Below are positions 21,942 through 32,056 of a DNA stretch of 64,000 nt, in pieces. Numbering within the stretch: position 1 is the first letter of the stretch; each line of letters starts with the position of its first letter. The stretch spans positions 107,383-171,382 of the IMG/VR virus record IMGVR_UViG_3300031088_000782; one strand, given 5' to 3'. The position numbers were made by a program, and so were the translations under genes. Origin of the DNA: a virus. The notes beneath the pieces were generated by a model. It searched no databases and was not told the origin of the DNA. It saw only the letters and a program-made list of their open reading frames with translations.

Positions 21942-23516
21942 TTGAGAGCAAAGCATGATTATGAAGCAGAGAGTGCCGTTCGTAGGCAAACAAATTTAGA
22001 TAGAATTGACACAGATCCTTTTATCGGTTATTCTACAGGGCTTGAAGCTGTTGAAGACTGTCAAATTTCCAGTCAGGTTGAGGTTTTAGCTCGGCTTCTT
22101 AATCGTGAAAATCTTTTTATTTCTGGTCCCGCTGGCTCCGGAAAGACAACTATTATCAAAAGATTTATTGATCTTATTGATGGGCAATTTGAGGGAAGAT
22201 TCAATGTTGAGGTTACTGCTTCAACTGGCCTTGCAGCGACTCTCATCAATGGACGAACAATTCATTCATGGTCTGGGCTAGGTGTTTACGACAAAGTTTA
22301 TCAGCCAAAAAATAAAGACGTTAATCTTTATACCGCTTGGGATAGAATCAAATATACTGACGTTTTGATTATTGATGAAATTTCTATGCTTCATGCTTAT
22401 TATTTGGACAATATTGATGCAGTATGCAAACAGGTCAGAAGAAACAAAAAGCCTTTTGGAGGAATTCAAGTGGTATTTCTTGGTGACTTCCTGCAACTTC
22501 CTCCGGTTGCACCGCGTGATAAGAATGATGACATGAATTATGATTATGCGATTACTTCTGATGCATGGAAAAACGCTAACATCAAATATTGCTATATGGA
22601 CAAAACACATAGAGCCTCCGACAAATATTTGCAATATATTCTTAAAAGTATTTCTGCAAATAAAGTGAATGATACTACTTTAAAAATCATCAATGCTTGC
22701 AGAAATAACAAAAAAGATCCACAAGCAACTTATACTACTCTTTTTACAAAGAACAGAAATGTTGATCTTTACAATGATCAGCAACTAGCGAAGAATCCCA
22801 ATCCTTTGAAAACTTTCAATTTGGTAAAGTTTTCAGGAAGTGAAAAAAATATTGAAAAATTAGTAAAAAGCAGAAATGTTCCAGAAAAAATCAATCTTAA
22901 AATTGGAGCTACTGTTATTGTGACAGCAAATTACTTTGATGAAAATTTGGGAAGAAACACAGCCGCTAACGGAACTGTGGGAAAGGTTGTTTCAATAGAT
23001 AGGTATGGGATAGAGGTTCGTTTGAATGATGGCGAAATTATTCCAATTCAGCCAATGAACTACCTCTCTTCTAAAAAGGAAGTAGTAGAGAGCAAAATCA
23101 CAGGTAAAATCACTGAAATTGAAAAAGTTGAAGCAAGCGTCTCTCAACTTCCTGTAAAATTGGGTTATGCTATTACAGTACATAAATCTCAGGGGCAAAC
23201 ATTAGATGCTGTTGAAGTTGATTTATCAGAATGCTTTATTCCAGGATTGGGATATGTGGCACTGTCAAGAGTGCGAGATGCGAAAAATCTTATCATCAAA
23301 GACTTCAATGACAAAGCTCTGGAAGTTGATAAAAGATCGCTGAAGATTTCCACACTTGTTAAAAAGAAAGCTTTGGAAAATAGAAAAGAATTTATTGAAA
23401 AAATTGATGATTATTTAGGCTTAGTAGAAAACCCTTTATTACGCAATCTGACTTGGGATGATTCAAAAGCAGGCAACGTTCGTAAGGTAGAAAACAAGAA
23501 GAATAAGAAAAAATAG
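21942..23516 (+). CDS. PIF1-family SF1B helicase
   Basis: GPAGSGKT, TIHSWSG, DEISM, PFGGIQ, GDFLQLPPV, QLPVKLGYAITVHKSQGQT, YVALSRV. Confidence 0.93.
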   Translation: MRAKHDYEAESAVRRQTNLDRIDTDPFIGYSTGLEAVEDCQISSQVEVLARLLNRENLFISGPAGSGKTTIIKRFIDLIDGQFEGRFNVEVTASTGLAATLINGRTIHSWSGLGVYDKVYQPKNKDVNLYTAWDRIKYTDVLIIDEISMLHAYYLDNIDAVCKQVRRNKKPFGGIQVVFLGDFLQLPPVAPRDKNDDMNYDYAITSDAWKNANIKYCYMDKTHRASDKYLQYILKSISANKVNDTTLKIINACRNNKKDPQATYTTLFTKNRNVDLYNDQQLAKNPNPLKTFNLVKFSGSEKNIEKLVKSRNVPEKINLKIGATVIVTANYFDENLGRNTAANGTVGKVVSIDRYGIEVRLNDGEIIPIQPMNYLSSKKEVVESKITGKITEIEKVEASVSQLPVKLGYAITVHKSQGQTLDAVEVDLSECFIPGLGYVALSRVRDAKNLIIKDFNDKALEVDKRSLKISTLVKKKALENRKEFIEKIDDYLGLVENPLLRNLTWDDSKAGNVRKVENKKNKKK

Positions 23517-23607
23517 GATTATTAAATAATATTTTCATATATTTTTGTTAGAATATTCAATGAACTATTTTTAAAAGTGAAGATTATGAGATTTAGGTAG
23601 TATAACT

Positions 23608-24891
23608 ATGAGCAAAGAAAACAAAGATTTACCAGAAAACGAAGATAAACATACATCAAATGATAGCATTAATAATGGCGCATCTGATGATCAAATGTTT
23701 GCAGATTTGATTTCTGATGATGATAATAATGAATATACTCGTGATAAAGAATATGAAGAAGCACTTCCTGATCTTGATGAAAATCATTTTGCATCTGATA
23801 AAACATCAGAGACTTCAGTTATTGATTCAAATGAAACAGAAAGCGAAAACAAATCTCCAGTAATTCATTCTGAAGATGATAAAATTCAAAACACAAATAT
23901 GAAAAATACTGTTGATGATTCTGCTGTTCCTAAGAGCCGTGCAGAGATTAAGCGAGCAGAAAAGAAGAAGAAGAAAAAGAAAAAAATTATCGCAAGCTCT
24001 ATTGCTGGAGCTGTTATTATTGCAGGACTTGGCGGATTTTTCGGATTTCAAAAATATATGGACACACAGTCAACCACTGTTCCCCAAGCAGCAAAAACCA
24101 TTAGTTATGATGAAGACACCAAAAAAGTTTGTAAAGAATTTGTTTCTTCTGATCTAAAATGCGAAGTCAAGTGGGAAATCAATGACAATGTTGATCGCGG
24201 AGGGCTGTTGAGTCAATCCGTGGCAAGTGATGAAAAAGTCGACAATGGAACAAATGTTGTTCTCACATATTCCAATGGGCCTTCAACTTCTGAATTCCCT
24301 AACCTTAATGGTGTAAATATTGAGGAAGCCAAAAAATCTCTTTATAACATGAATATTGAAGTTTCCGAAGTTAAAGAAGTTGATGGAAATGGACTTGATA
24401 AAAACGAAATAGTCTCAACAAGTATAGAACCTGGGACTAAGGTTAATAATGGTGATGCTGTCACCATTAATGTATCTAACGGAAATGTAAAACTTCCTGA
24501 TTGGAGCGGCAAAACTAAGGAATATGTAGAAGCTGATGCTAAAAAATTGGGAATCAAGGTTAAATTCACAGAAGAAGAATCAGATAAAGCTTCAGGAATT
24601 GTCATTAGTCAAACCCCTAAAGCTGGTGAAACAACTACATCAACAGAAATAAATGTAGTTCTTTCGAAATCTTTTGAAGCCAAAGAAATTGAAATTCCTG
24701 ATGTGATTGGGAAAACAGCAGAAGAAGCTCAAACAGAATTAGCTACAGCCGGATTCCGTCAAATTAAAACTGTCAAAGTAAAGAATGCGGAAGTTACTGA
24801 AACACAAGTTACACAAGTTGTCCCTGGCGTTGGACAAAAAGGAAACAGTGAAGAAAATATTGTCATTATTGTTTCTGAACCTATCAAGTAA
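23608..24891 (+). CDS. Membrane-anchored multi-PASTA protein without kinase domain
   Basis: Acidic N-terminus, TM helix, about four PASTA repeats (PNLNG, PDWSG, PDVIG). Confidence 0.85.
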   Translation: MSKENKDLPENEDKHTSNDSINNGASDDQMFADLISDDDNNEYTRDKEYEEALPDLDENHFASDKTSETSVIDSNETESENKSPVIHSEDDKIQNTNMKNTVDDSAVPKSRAEIKRAEKKKKKKKKIIASSIAGAVIIAGLGGFFGFQKYMDTQSTTVPQAAKTISYDEDTKKVCKEFVSSDLKCEVKWEINDNVDRGGLLSQSVASDEKVDNGTNVVLTYSNGPSTSEFPNLNGVNIEEAKKSLYNMNIEVSEVKEVDGNGLDKNEIVSTSIEPGTKVNNGDAVTINVSNGNVKLPDWSGKTKEYVEADAKKLGIKVKFTEEESDKASGIVISQTPKAGETTTSTEINVVLSKSFEAKEIEIPDVIGKTAEEAQTELATAGFRQIKTVKVKNAEVTETQVTQVVPGVGQKGNSEENIVIIVSEPIK

Positions 24892-24898
24892 AGCATTT

Positions 24899-24957
24899 TC
24901 GGACGAAACTCACAATTGACATAATTCTGATATTATTTAATTGTGAGTTTCGTCCGA
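24899..24957. terminator. Long inverted repeat after PASTA gene
   Basis: TCGGACGAAACTCACAATT...AATTGTGAGTTTCGTCCGA. Confidence 0.55.
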
Positions 24958-25281
24958 CAGGAATAAATTCATTAATTTTTTGATTCGTTAAACAATCAAA
25001 GGAAGTAAGGCATTGTTCTGAAAGTTTCGATATTGTCTGCTTCTGAATCAATAAAGGGTGATATGTCAATAACTTAAAATGGTGCAATAATATGGAGACA
25101 AAAGCGTTTGCCAAAATTTCTATATGATTGTACTATTTTTTTGACAATTACTACCCAATAAAGAAGAAGAGCAAACGAATCTGCTCTTTCATCTAGTTAC
25201 TCAAAGCTAGGTGCCAAACCGAAAATAGAGGAAGTGAGATATACCGACTGAGAACGGGAATCTCCCTAGTGGAAGAACAAT

Positions 25282-26424
25282 ATGAAAAATAAATTAAACT
25301 ATATATTATCAGGATTTACGTTAGCAATATGTGTTACCAGCATTACAGCTACAAGCGCAGTTGCTGCTCCAAATGAAATTCTAGACAAAGCTCCTGAAAC
25401 AACAATAAACAATGATGATAAAACGAACAATGAGTATAATTCAAAGATTATTCTCAATGATTCAGAGGGAACAGAAGTCATCAACATCAATACAGCTGAC
25501 ACCACACTTTCAGAAGCACTTGCAGATAACGGCGATAAAATAACTGACTACAAAGATTCTAACTCTGAACCTGTGGACGAAAGCCAATCTCTTAAAAACG
25601 GAGAGGATATTTCTCTATTCAAATCTGAAACATCTGGCGATTCTGATGTTATTAAACTCAAAGCTCCCACAATAAAAAAGAAAACTGATGATCTTTATGT
25701 TGGCGAAAAAGAAGTTAAAGAAAAAGGTAAAGATGGAGAAGCTCTGAAAACAACTCTTGTCACAAAAGATTTGGCATCTGATAAGAAAATAAACGATGAA
25801 GCTTCGGGTGATGACAATGGGAAAACAGTTGAAGAAAAATTGACTGTCCTAAAAGCACCAAAAGCGAAAATCGTTCTTGTCGGAACAAAAGAACGACCAA
25901 CACCTACTGCATCAGAAGAAGAGACTAATACTGATCCTGTATATGACGAGAATTCTTCCAATGCAAATTCTGCTTCAACAGAAAATAACTCAAACAACAG
26001 TTCATCCGCAAGCTCTGAATCAACTTATGAAAATTCAAGCTCATCTAGCGCATCCAAAACCTCTTCAAAAGGATCTGAAAGCAACCGAAGTGATGTTGTT
26101 AGCTTAGTAAGAGCACAATTAGGCAAACCTTATGTTTGGGGAGCTACTGGTCCTAACTCGTTTGATTGTTCAGGATTGGTTTATTATATTTACCACACTA
26201 AGAAAGGTATGAATATCCCACGAACATCAACTGCTCAAGGTATGGCATCTACTCCTGTTAGCTGGAGTGATATCCAGCCTGGAGATATTGTGTGGAGAAC
26301 AGGCCATATTGGAATCTATGTTGGCGGCGGAAAAGTAATTCACGCTCCAAGAGCAGGAAAGCCTGTTACTGAATTAAGCGTTGATTATTTTAAGAATAGC
26401 GGATTCAAACCAGGCAGATTTTGA
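25282..26424 (+). CDS. Secreted G5-domain NlpC/P60 peptidoglycan endopeptidase
   Basis: Signal peptide, G5-like segment, GKPYVWGATGPNSFDCSGL, GHIGIY. Confidence 0.92.
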   Translation: MKNKLNYILSGFTLAICVTSITATSAVAAPNEILDKAPETTINNDDKTNNEYNSKIILNDSEGTEVININTADTTLSEALADNGDKITDYKDSNSEPVDESQSLKNGEDISLFKSETSGDSDVIKLKAPTIKKKTDDLYVGEKEVKEKGKDGEALKTTLVTKDLASDKKINDEASGDDNGKTVEEKLTVLKAPKAKIVLVGTKERPTPTASEEETNTDPVYDENSSNANSASTENNSNNSSSASSESTYENSSSSSASKTSSKGSESNRSDVVSLVRAQLGKPYVWGATGPNSFDCSGLVYYIYHTKKGMNIPRTSTAQGMASTPVSWSDIQPGDIVWRTGHIGIYVGGGKVIHAPRAGKPVTELSVDYFKNSGFKPGRF

Positions 26425-26451
26425 TAAAAATTAATATTTATGCAATCTAGT

Positions 26452-26495
26452 AAAAGATACCTTCATTTTTGACAAAGAGTGAAGGTATCTTTTCT
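26452..26495 (+). terminator. Probable terminator
   Basis: AAAAGATACCTTCA...TGAAGGTATCTTTT. Confidence 0.65.
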
Positions 26496-26662
26496 TCTGT
26501 ATATAGGGTGATTTCTTTAAAAAGCACCCTATAAGCCCTTAACGAAACTTTTTGAATAAACTCTATGTTCCATATGTTAAAACGTCTTATAATCCAAATT
26601 TGACAAATCCCTTTCGCTATAATATGATTAAACTATCAAATGAATTTACGAAAGGTTAAATA

Positions 26663-27238
26663 ATGTCTATTCGTCCATATCCGGTTGCTCTGGAAAATGA
26701 GAATTCCGCTAATGCTAATGTTGCTGACATGTATAAGTCATGGACTCTCAATGAAATTCGCGCTGATCTCGACAAAAAGCGCACACCCCTTGTTTCTGTT
26801 TTTATGAATCTTACGCATGAATTCAACAAAGCTTCTGGAATCAGGGCAAGCAATGCTTATCTTGGCGATCATGTCTATCTTGTTGGGCGAAGAAAGTACA
26901 ATCGAAAGGGAACTGTTGGAACGCATCAGTATGAGCATGTTTCAAGTGCTGACACTCTTTCTGAAGTTGTTGAACTCCTTCATGAAAAGGGATACACTGT
27001 TTTTGCTGTAGATAACATTGATTCGTATAATCCTAAAAACATTTGGGACGTAGACCTTCCGGAGAAGAGTGCTTTTGTCTATGGTGAGGAGATGAGAGGA
27101 CTTCAGCCGGAAGAGATCGAGTTGTGCGATGATATGATTTTTTGTCAGATGTATGGAAGCGTGCGTTCTCTTAACGTAGCTCAGTGTAGTGCGGTTGTGA
27201 TGAACGAATACTCAAAGCAGAATCGTCATCTTAGATAA
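26663..27238 (+). CDS. SpoU/TrmH-family RNA 2'-O-methyltransferase
   Basis: SPOUT motifs N..SGIR, FVYGEEMRGL, MYGSVRSLNVA. Confidence 0.88.
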   Translation: MSIRPYPVALENENSANANVADMYKSWTLNEIRADLDKKRTPLVSVFMNLTHEFNKASGIRASNAYLGDHVYLVGRRKYNRKGTVGTHQYEHVSSADTLSEVVELLHEKGYTVFAVDNIDSYNPKNIWDVDLPEKSAFVYGEEMRGLQPEEIELCDDMIFCQMYGSVRSLNVAQCSAVVMNEYSKQNRHLR

Positions 27239-27266
27239 CAGAAAATCGTTTTGAGATAAATTATAT

Positions 27267-27315
27267 AAAAGCATGACAGGATTTTGAAACAATTAAATCC
27301 TGTCATGCTTTTTAT
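27267..27315 (+). terminator. Probable terminator
   Basis: AAAAGCATGACAGGATTT...AAATCCTGTCATGCTTTTT. Confidence 0.7.
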
Positions 27316-27450
27316 TATTTTTTTCGCAAATTTCACCAATACACAATAATATTATGAAAAGCTGTGATAAAACAAAAGTTATTTTCAATTAATAATTAGG
27401 TAAAATACTAAGAATGAATGAATATGATGAAAATATTGTAGGGAGAATGA

Positions 27451-28692
27451 ATGTTTAAACTAGCTCAATTAAGTGATCTACATGCTGGATATTCAGCTAC
27501 AAGGTTACTTACAGCTCAAGGTCTTAACGTAAGAGAAGCTGATGGATATCTCGCTTTTTCTAAAATGGTAACGGAAATTATTGAGAATGAAGTAGATGCT
27601 GCTTTAGTATGTGGCGACACTTTTCATACCCCAAACCCTGATATTCGTACAATAGTTTTTGTTCAAAATCAATTTCGAAGATTATACGAAGCTGGAATTA
27701 AAGTCTATATTTTAGCCGGAAATCATGATGCTAATGACATTAAAGCAGACATTGCAGCATCAAGAGTACTTCATGACCCTTGGAAAAAAATCTATTCTCA
27801 TGTTGAACCCTATGTTCACTATGAAATAGCAGATGGAATAAATCTTCATCTTATTTCTCACCATATGTTCGAAGACCAATCATCAACAATGTCTAATGTT
27901 AAGCCGATAGATAATGAAATTAATATTCTTGCCACTCACGGTAGTGTTTTTGATAAATATTTTCACGAAGTTCTTCATGCTGAAAAGTCTCCCCGCGAAA
28001 TTGTTATCCCTGAACATTTGTTAGATGACTACAACTGGAGCTATTCTCTATTCGGACACATTCACGAAAGAGGATGGGTAGGTTCAGCAGACAAAAAAAC
28101 AGACACAGCCGGATCTAAAATATACTACAATGGAAGCGCAATTCGTCGTGGATTTAGCGATGCAGATGTTCCTTTGGGTAGAGGATGGACACTATGGACG
28201 ATAGATGATTTCGGAAATTTTGAAGCTACTCCCAAAACTGTCATTCAAAGACCTCAATATGATTTTAAACAAATTGATGCAACCGGATTATCATCATCCG
28301 AAATAACAGACATGGTTATCGAAAATCTTAAAGAAACACAAGTAAGTGGATTGGATCTCGAAGTATCAAATGCACCTATTCTCCGACAAAAGATTATAAA
28401 TATCACTCCCGCAAAACATTCTGCTTTGGATTTGAAAACTATTAGCCATAACGCTTCTCATGCTTTGTCATGGACTTTGGCGACAAAAACTGTTGCAGAA
28501 ATACAGGCTGAGCAAGAAAGGCTCGATAAGAAAACAAACAGCGATAATTCAGATGTTGTCAAAGGCTACGATGAATGGATTGAAAACTCAAAATCTGTGC
28601 AAGGAGTTGAAGAACCCATTAAAGATAAAGTTGTTCAAAACGCAAGAGACTATGTAAAACTTGGACAAGAGGAGGTACTTGATGCTGAATGA
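27451..28692 (+). CDS. SbcD/Mre11-family nuclease
   Basis: SDLH, GDTF, GNHD, THG, GHIH, YNGS metallophosphoesterase motifs. Confidence 0.88.
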   Translation: MFKLAQLSDLHAGYSATRLLTAQGLNVREADGYLAFSKMVTEIIENEVDAALVCGDTFHTPNPDIRTIVFVQNQFRRLYEAGIKVYILAGNHDANDIKADIAASRVLHDPWKKIYSHVEPYVHYEIADGINLHLISHHMFEDQSSTMSNVKPIDNEINILATHGSVFDKYFHEVLHAEKSPREIVIPEHLLDDYNWSYSLFGHIHERGWVGSADKKTDTAGSKIYYNGSAIRRGFSDADVPLGRGWTLWTIDDFGNFEATPKTVIQRPQYDFKQIDATGLSSSEITDMVIENLKETQVSGLDLEVSNAPILRQKIINITPAKHSALDLKTISHNASHALSWTLATKTVAEIQAEQERLDKKTNSDNSDVVKGYDEWIENSKSVQGVEEPIKDKVVQNARDYVKLGQEEVLDAE

Positions 28693-29638
28693 AGATGAGA
28701 ACAAAGAGAAACCAGTAAATGAAGAAGTAATGAAAGATTCCGCTGAAAAATCAACTGACAATAATGATGTTGTTGAAGATTCAGATAAAGATAATAATGA
28801 AACCATCAAAATAGATAGTGATGATGAAAAATCTTTCTGGACAAAGAAAAAGATTATTGCCATACTTGTTGTCATGTTGATTTTAGTTCCAGGTGTAGCA
28901 ATTGGAAGCAGTTACCTCCTCTCACGATATCAATCAAATCAAACAGCTGAAACAGGACTGAAAAGCATTTCTTCTCAAAAAGGTGATATTAGAGTATCGA
29001 ACACAAAACTTTCTACCTTCAAAGGGCAAAAAATATCTTCAGCAAACATTGATCAAAAATCTTTGACCAATGCATCAGGTATGGGTTCAGACTCTGCTGT
29101 TTTTGTCTTTTCGAACGGGAAAGAGAATAAAGATAAAAAGATTGTCGATGTATATTTAGATTTCAGTTCTCAAAAATCACGAGATTTCATATTACTTAAT
29201 CAATCCTCACTCAAAAGGATGGTCGAAAACAATCTAATAGAGTTAAGATTACATCCTGTACCTTCTGCTTCATCTTTTTCGATTTATGCAGCTGAAGCTA
29301 TTTCTGAATCTATAGTAACATCCCCTGACAAAACATGGGATTTTGTTATTGCGTTAATGAAGACTTCAGCAACGTTGAATACTGACAAAAATGATGATGT
29401 GATTAAAGCTGTTTTAGATACAGTTAAAGAAGAGCGAATAGATGACGTTGATGCTGAATCAATCAAAAACGGAACATTCGCAAGCTGGATATTGGCTGTT
29501 GGTGATGATAACAAATTAAAAACAGGTTATTATCCTCCAATCATTTATTTGAATGACAAAGCCGTAGACCCTGATGATGTATTCTTGAATGACTCATCCG
29601 CTTTTCAGAAATATGTTTTAAATGAGGAGAAAAATTGA
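28682..29638 (+). CDS. Membrane-anchored DsbA/thioredoxin-fold protein lacking CxxC
   Basis: TM helix; VDVYLDFSSQKS at the DFxCPxC position; YPPIIYLN near the C-terminus. Confidence 0.6.
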   Translation: MLNEDENKEKPVNEEVMKDSAEKSTDNNDVVEDSDKDNNETIKIDSDDEKSFWTKKKIIAILVVMLILVPGVAIGSSYLLSRYQSNQTAETGLKSISSQKGDIRVSNTKLSTFKGQKISSANIDQKSLTNASGMGSDSAVFVFSNGKENKDKKIVDVYLDFSSQKSRDFILLNQSSLKRMVENNLIELRLHPVPSASSFSIYAAEAISESIVTSPDKTWDFVIALMKTSATLNTDKNDDVIKAVLDTVKEERIDDVDAESIKNGTFASWILAVGDDNKLKTGYYPPIIYLNDKAVDPDDVFLNDSSAFQKYVLNEEKN

Positions 29639-30543
29639 AAAAGGAATGGACAAAGAGAATAGTGTTGTTTGCTGCTTCACTGGCAATCGTTTCGTCATCA
29701 ACAGTAGCACATGCTGAAACAATCAATGAAACAGAAAAATCAACACAAAGCTCGGCAGTAAAAAATGAGAGTGCGACCAAATTAAAAACAGAACTAGTGA
29801 AATTCGATACCAGAATAATCAAAGATAAAAATCTTCCAAAAGGTATTGAAGTAGTTGTTCAAAAAGGGACGAATGGAGAAAGAACATTCTATAAAACTTT
29901 TGACACAACAAAAGATGCAAATGGTCACATATCAGAATTTCCCGTATTCTATGATGAAATAACTACTCTCCCCACAGAAAAAGTTGTCAGACAAGGAACT
30001 AATAAAGAAATTATTGAAGGAATTTCTGACAAAACTAAAAAATTAGAAAAGAAGAAATCCGACGAAAAGAAAGCTGCAGCAAAGAGAAAAGCTGAAGAAA
30101 AAGCTCAGCAAGAGCAGGAAAGTTCAGATTCTCAATCTTCTTCAGATTCAGGAGAAAGTAATACGGTATCTCCTTTTAAAACAGAAACACAACCTGCGAA
30201 AAAACCGAATAGAAAAGTTGATGATAGTGCACCAGCAGGGCATGTGACAACACCTTCTGAAAACAGAGCATATGTTCAGTCTGTTCTTTCTCCATCTGAA
30301 TTTTCTTGTGCTGACAAGCTTATTATGAGAGAATCAGGGTATCTCACAACAGCCGATAACCCTAATTCAAGCGCATATGGTGTCCCCCAAGCATTACCAG
30401 GCAGCAAAATGGCTTCTGCAGGTTCTGACTGGCGAACAAACGGAAAAACTCAGTTTAAATGGATGCAAGGTTATGTAAAAGAGCGTTATGGAAATAGCTT
30501 TTGTATAGCTCTAAACCATAGCTATAATGTTGGATGGTACTGA
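29635..30543 (+). CDS. Secreted G5-domain lytic transglycosylase (SLT/Rpf-like)
   Basis: Signal peptide, G5 segment, RESG..NPNSSAYGVPQALPGSKMASAG..W..GYVKERYG..GWY. Confidence 0.88.
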   Translation: MKKEWTKRIVLFAASLAIVSSSTVAHAETINETEKSTQSSAVKNESATKLKTELVKFDTRIIKDKNLPKGIEVVVQKGTNGERTFYKTFDTTKDANGHISEFPVFYDEITTLPTEKVVRQGTNKEIIEGISDKTKKLEKKKSDEKKAAAKRKAEEKAQQEQESSDSQSSSDSGESNTVSPFKTETQPAKKPNRKVDDSAPAGHVTTPSENRAYVQSVLSPSEFSCADKLIMRESGYLTTADNPNSSAYGVPQALPGSKMASAGSDWRTNGKTQFKWMQGYVKERYGNSFCIALNHSYNVGWY

Positions 30544-30649
30544 TTTATATTTAACAATCGTTTCTGAATATTTTAGATATGATTGATATAATGAACAAGT
30601 GCAAATAAAATCAGCAAAGAACTAACTATCTAATTCACCGGAGGAAAAT

Positions 30650-31006
30650 ATGGAATTCAATATTTACGACATTTCAGATTTAAACGAAGATGAGCTTTAT
30701 GAGCTGATAGAATCATCTGAGACAGGCGAGTTGAACGAACTTGAAATGGGTTTGTCCTCCGGTGAATTACGACAGGCTATTTTAGATAGGGTTCGTGAGG
30801 ATCTAAGGCAAGATGAATTGCATTACATTAACAAAACTCTTCAGCAATTCGATTTGAACATCAACAACGAACTTCTAGAAATGGAAGACGGGAAGAAAAC
30901 CATACTTGATGATGTTGATTATCTTATTTATGAACTTTCTGACGAAGAAATAGATTCAACAATTTGGGAATTTTCATCAGAAGTTATTTACATAGGAGAA
31001 ATATGA
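30650..31006 (+). CDS. Hypothetical acidic protein
   Basis: GGAGG RBS, 118 aa. Confidence 0.7.
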   Translation: MEFNIYDISDLNEDELYELIESSETGELNELEMGLSSGELRQAILDRVREDLRQDELHYINKTLQQFDLNINNELLEMEDGKKTILDDVDYLIYELSDEEIDSTIWEFSSEVIYIGEI

Positions 31007-31140
31007 TAACTATCAACAAAAAAAGCATTTTATCAATTATTGCTCTATCTCTTATTATTGCTGGTCTGGTTGTCGGAGCCTTAATTGGCGATAATCCAGA
31101 AACAACTATCCTGGCACCATCATTTCTCCATATTAGATAA
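31003..31140 (+). CDS. Small membrane protein (45 aa)
   Basis: AGGAG RBS, ATGA overlap with upstream stop, MITINKKSILSIIALSLIIAGLVVGALIG. Confidence 0.55.
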   Translation: MITINKKSILSIIALSLIIAGLVVGALIGDNPETTILAPSFLHIR

Positions 31141-31219
31141 AATTCAACAAACTTGACTTTTTTCAATCTCCGTTATACAATATTTTTATTAAGTTTAAAT
31201 ATTGTAGATAGGAAAAATC

Positions 31220-31902
31220 TTGAAAAAGTCTTTTGTTGTTATTGCTACCATTATCACAGCAGTCACTCTATCGCTTTCTGCTTGTGATTCTTCCTTTGAA
31301 AATTCTGATTCTCTCACGCAAAGCTCTGATGTTGAGGATTCAAAAAAGTTATTGAATCCTTGAATAAAGCCCACGATATTCGAGTCAAAAAAGAAGCGTT
31401 TTCTATTGGTGATTCTTGGGTTGTTTATGTAGATGATGAACAAATTGCTGAAATCAAGGGCGAAGTTTTCCCTGTTCTTGGTGATACTTATTCAATGTAT
31501 TCGAATGCTGGAAATCTTGTTGGGGCCGAAACAGAAGATTTTCTTACTCTGACTCATGGTTCAAAAACTTATGACTATATGGGAGAACAGAGGGGGTATA
31601 TTAAACAAAAAGCACTCACCTTCGGATACGATTTTGATATTTATGAAAAATTCGAAAATGTAGGAAATGTTCGACAAAAGTTTTCTCTTGGACTTCAGGC
31701 TGATATCAAAGATTCTGATGGAAAAGTCGAATATAATGTTGATAAAGAATTTTTCTCTTTCGGAAGTGATATAACAATTTCAAAAGTGAGCACTGAAAAA
31801 GAAACATCTGTTGATGCCATTGATGCTGTTTGGGCTACAGTTATGATGAATGAGATTGATGAAGCACAAAATTCAGATAGCGGGAACAATAACAATAAAT
31901 AA
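31220..31902 (+). pseudogene. LURP-one/Tubby-like lipoprotein split by a frameshift
   Basis: Lipobox LSAC ORF 31220-31363 continues in the -1 frame (KVIESLNKAHDIRVKKEAFSIGD) at an A6 run near 31342. Confidence 0.6.
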
Positions 31903-31907
31903 CTTCT

Positions 31908-31952
31908 TCAAAGAGGGCAAGAGTATTTTCGTATATTTCTTGCCCTCTTTGA
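31908..31952 (+). terminator. Inverted repeat
   Basis: TCAAAGAGGGCAAGA...TCTTGCCCTCTTTGA. Confidence 0.55.
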
Positions 31953-32056
31953 GCTTCATGGTTATTTTTAAATACACAAAAAATAACGATAAATCCTTAC
32001 TTATTGATATTAGTATTAGAATATTTTGCTATAAAAAGAGTAAGGATAAACAAAGA

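Noticed and set aside
25140..25281. c-di-AMP (ydaO) riboswitch
   Set aside because: The GCTGAATC, GGGGAACC and CAGCTAAC consensus blocks are absent
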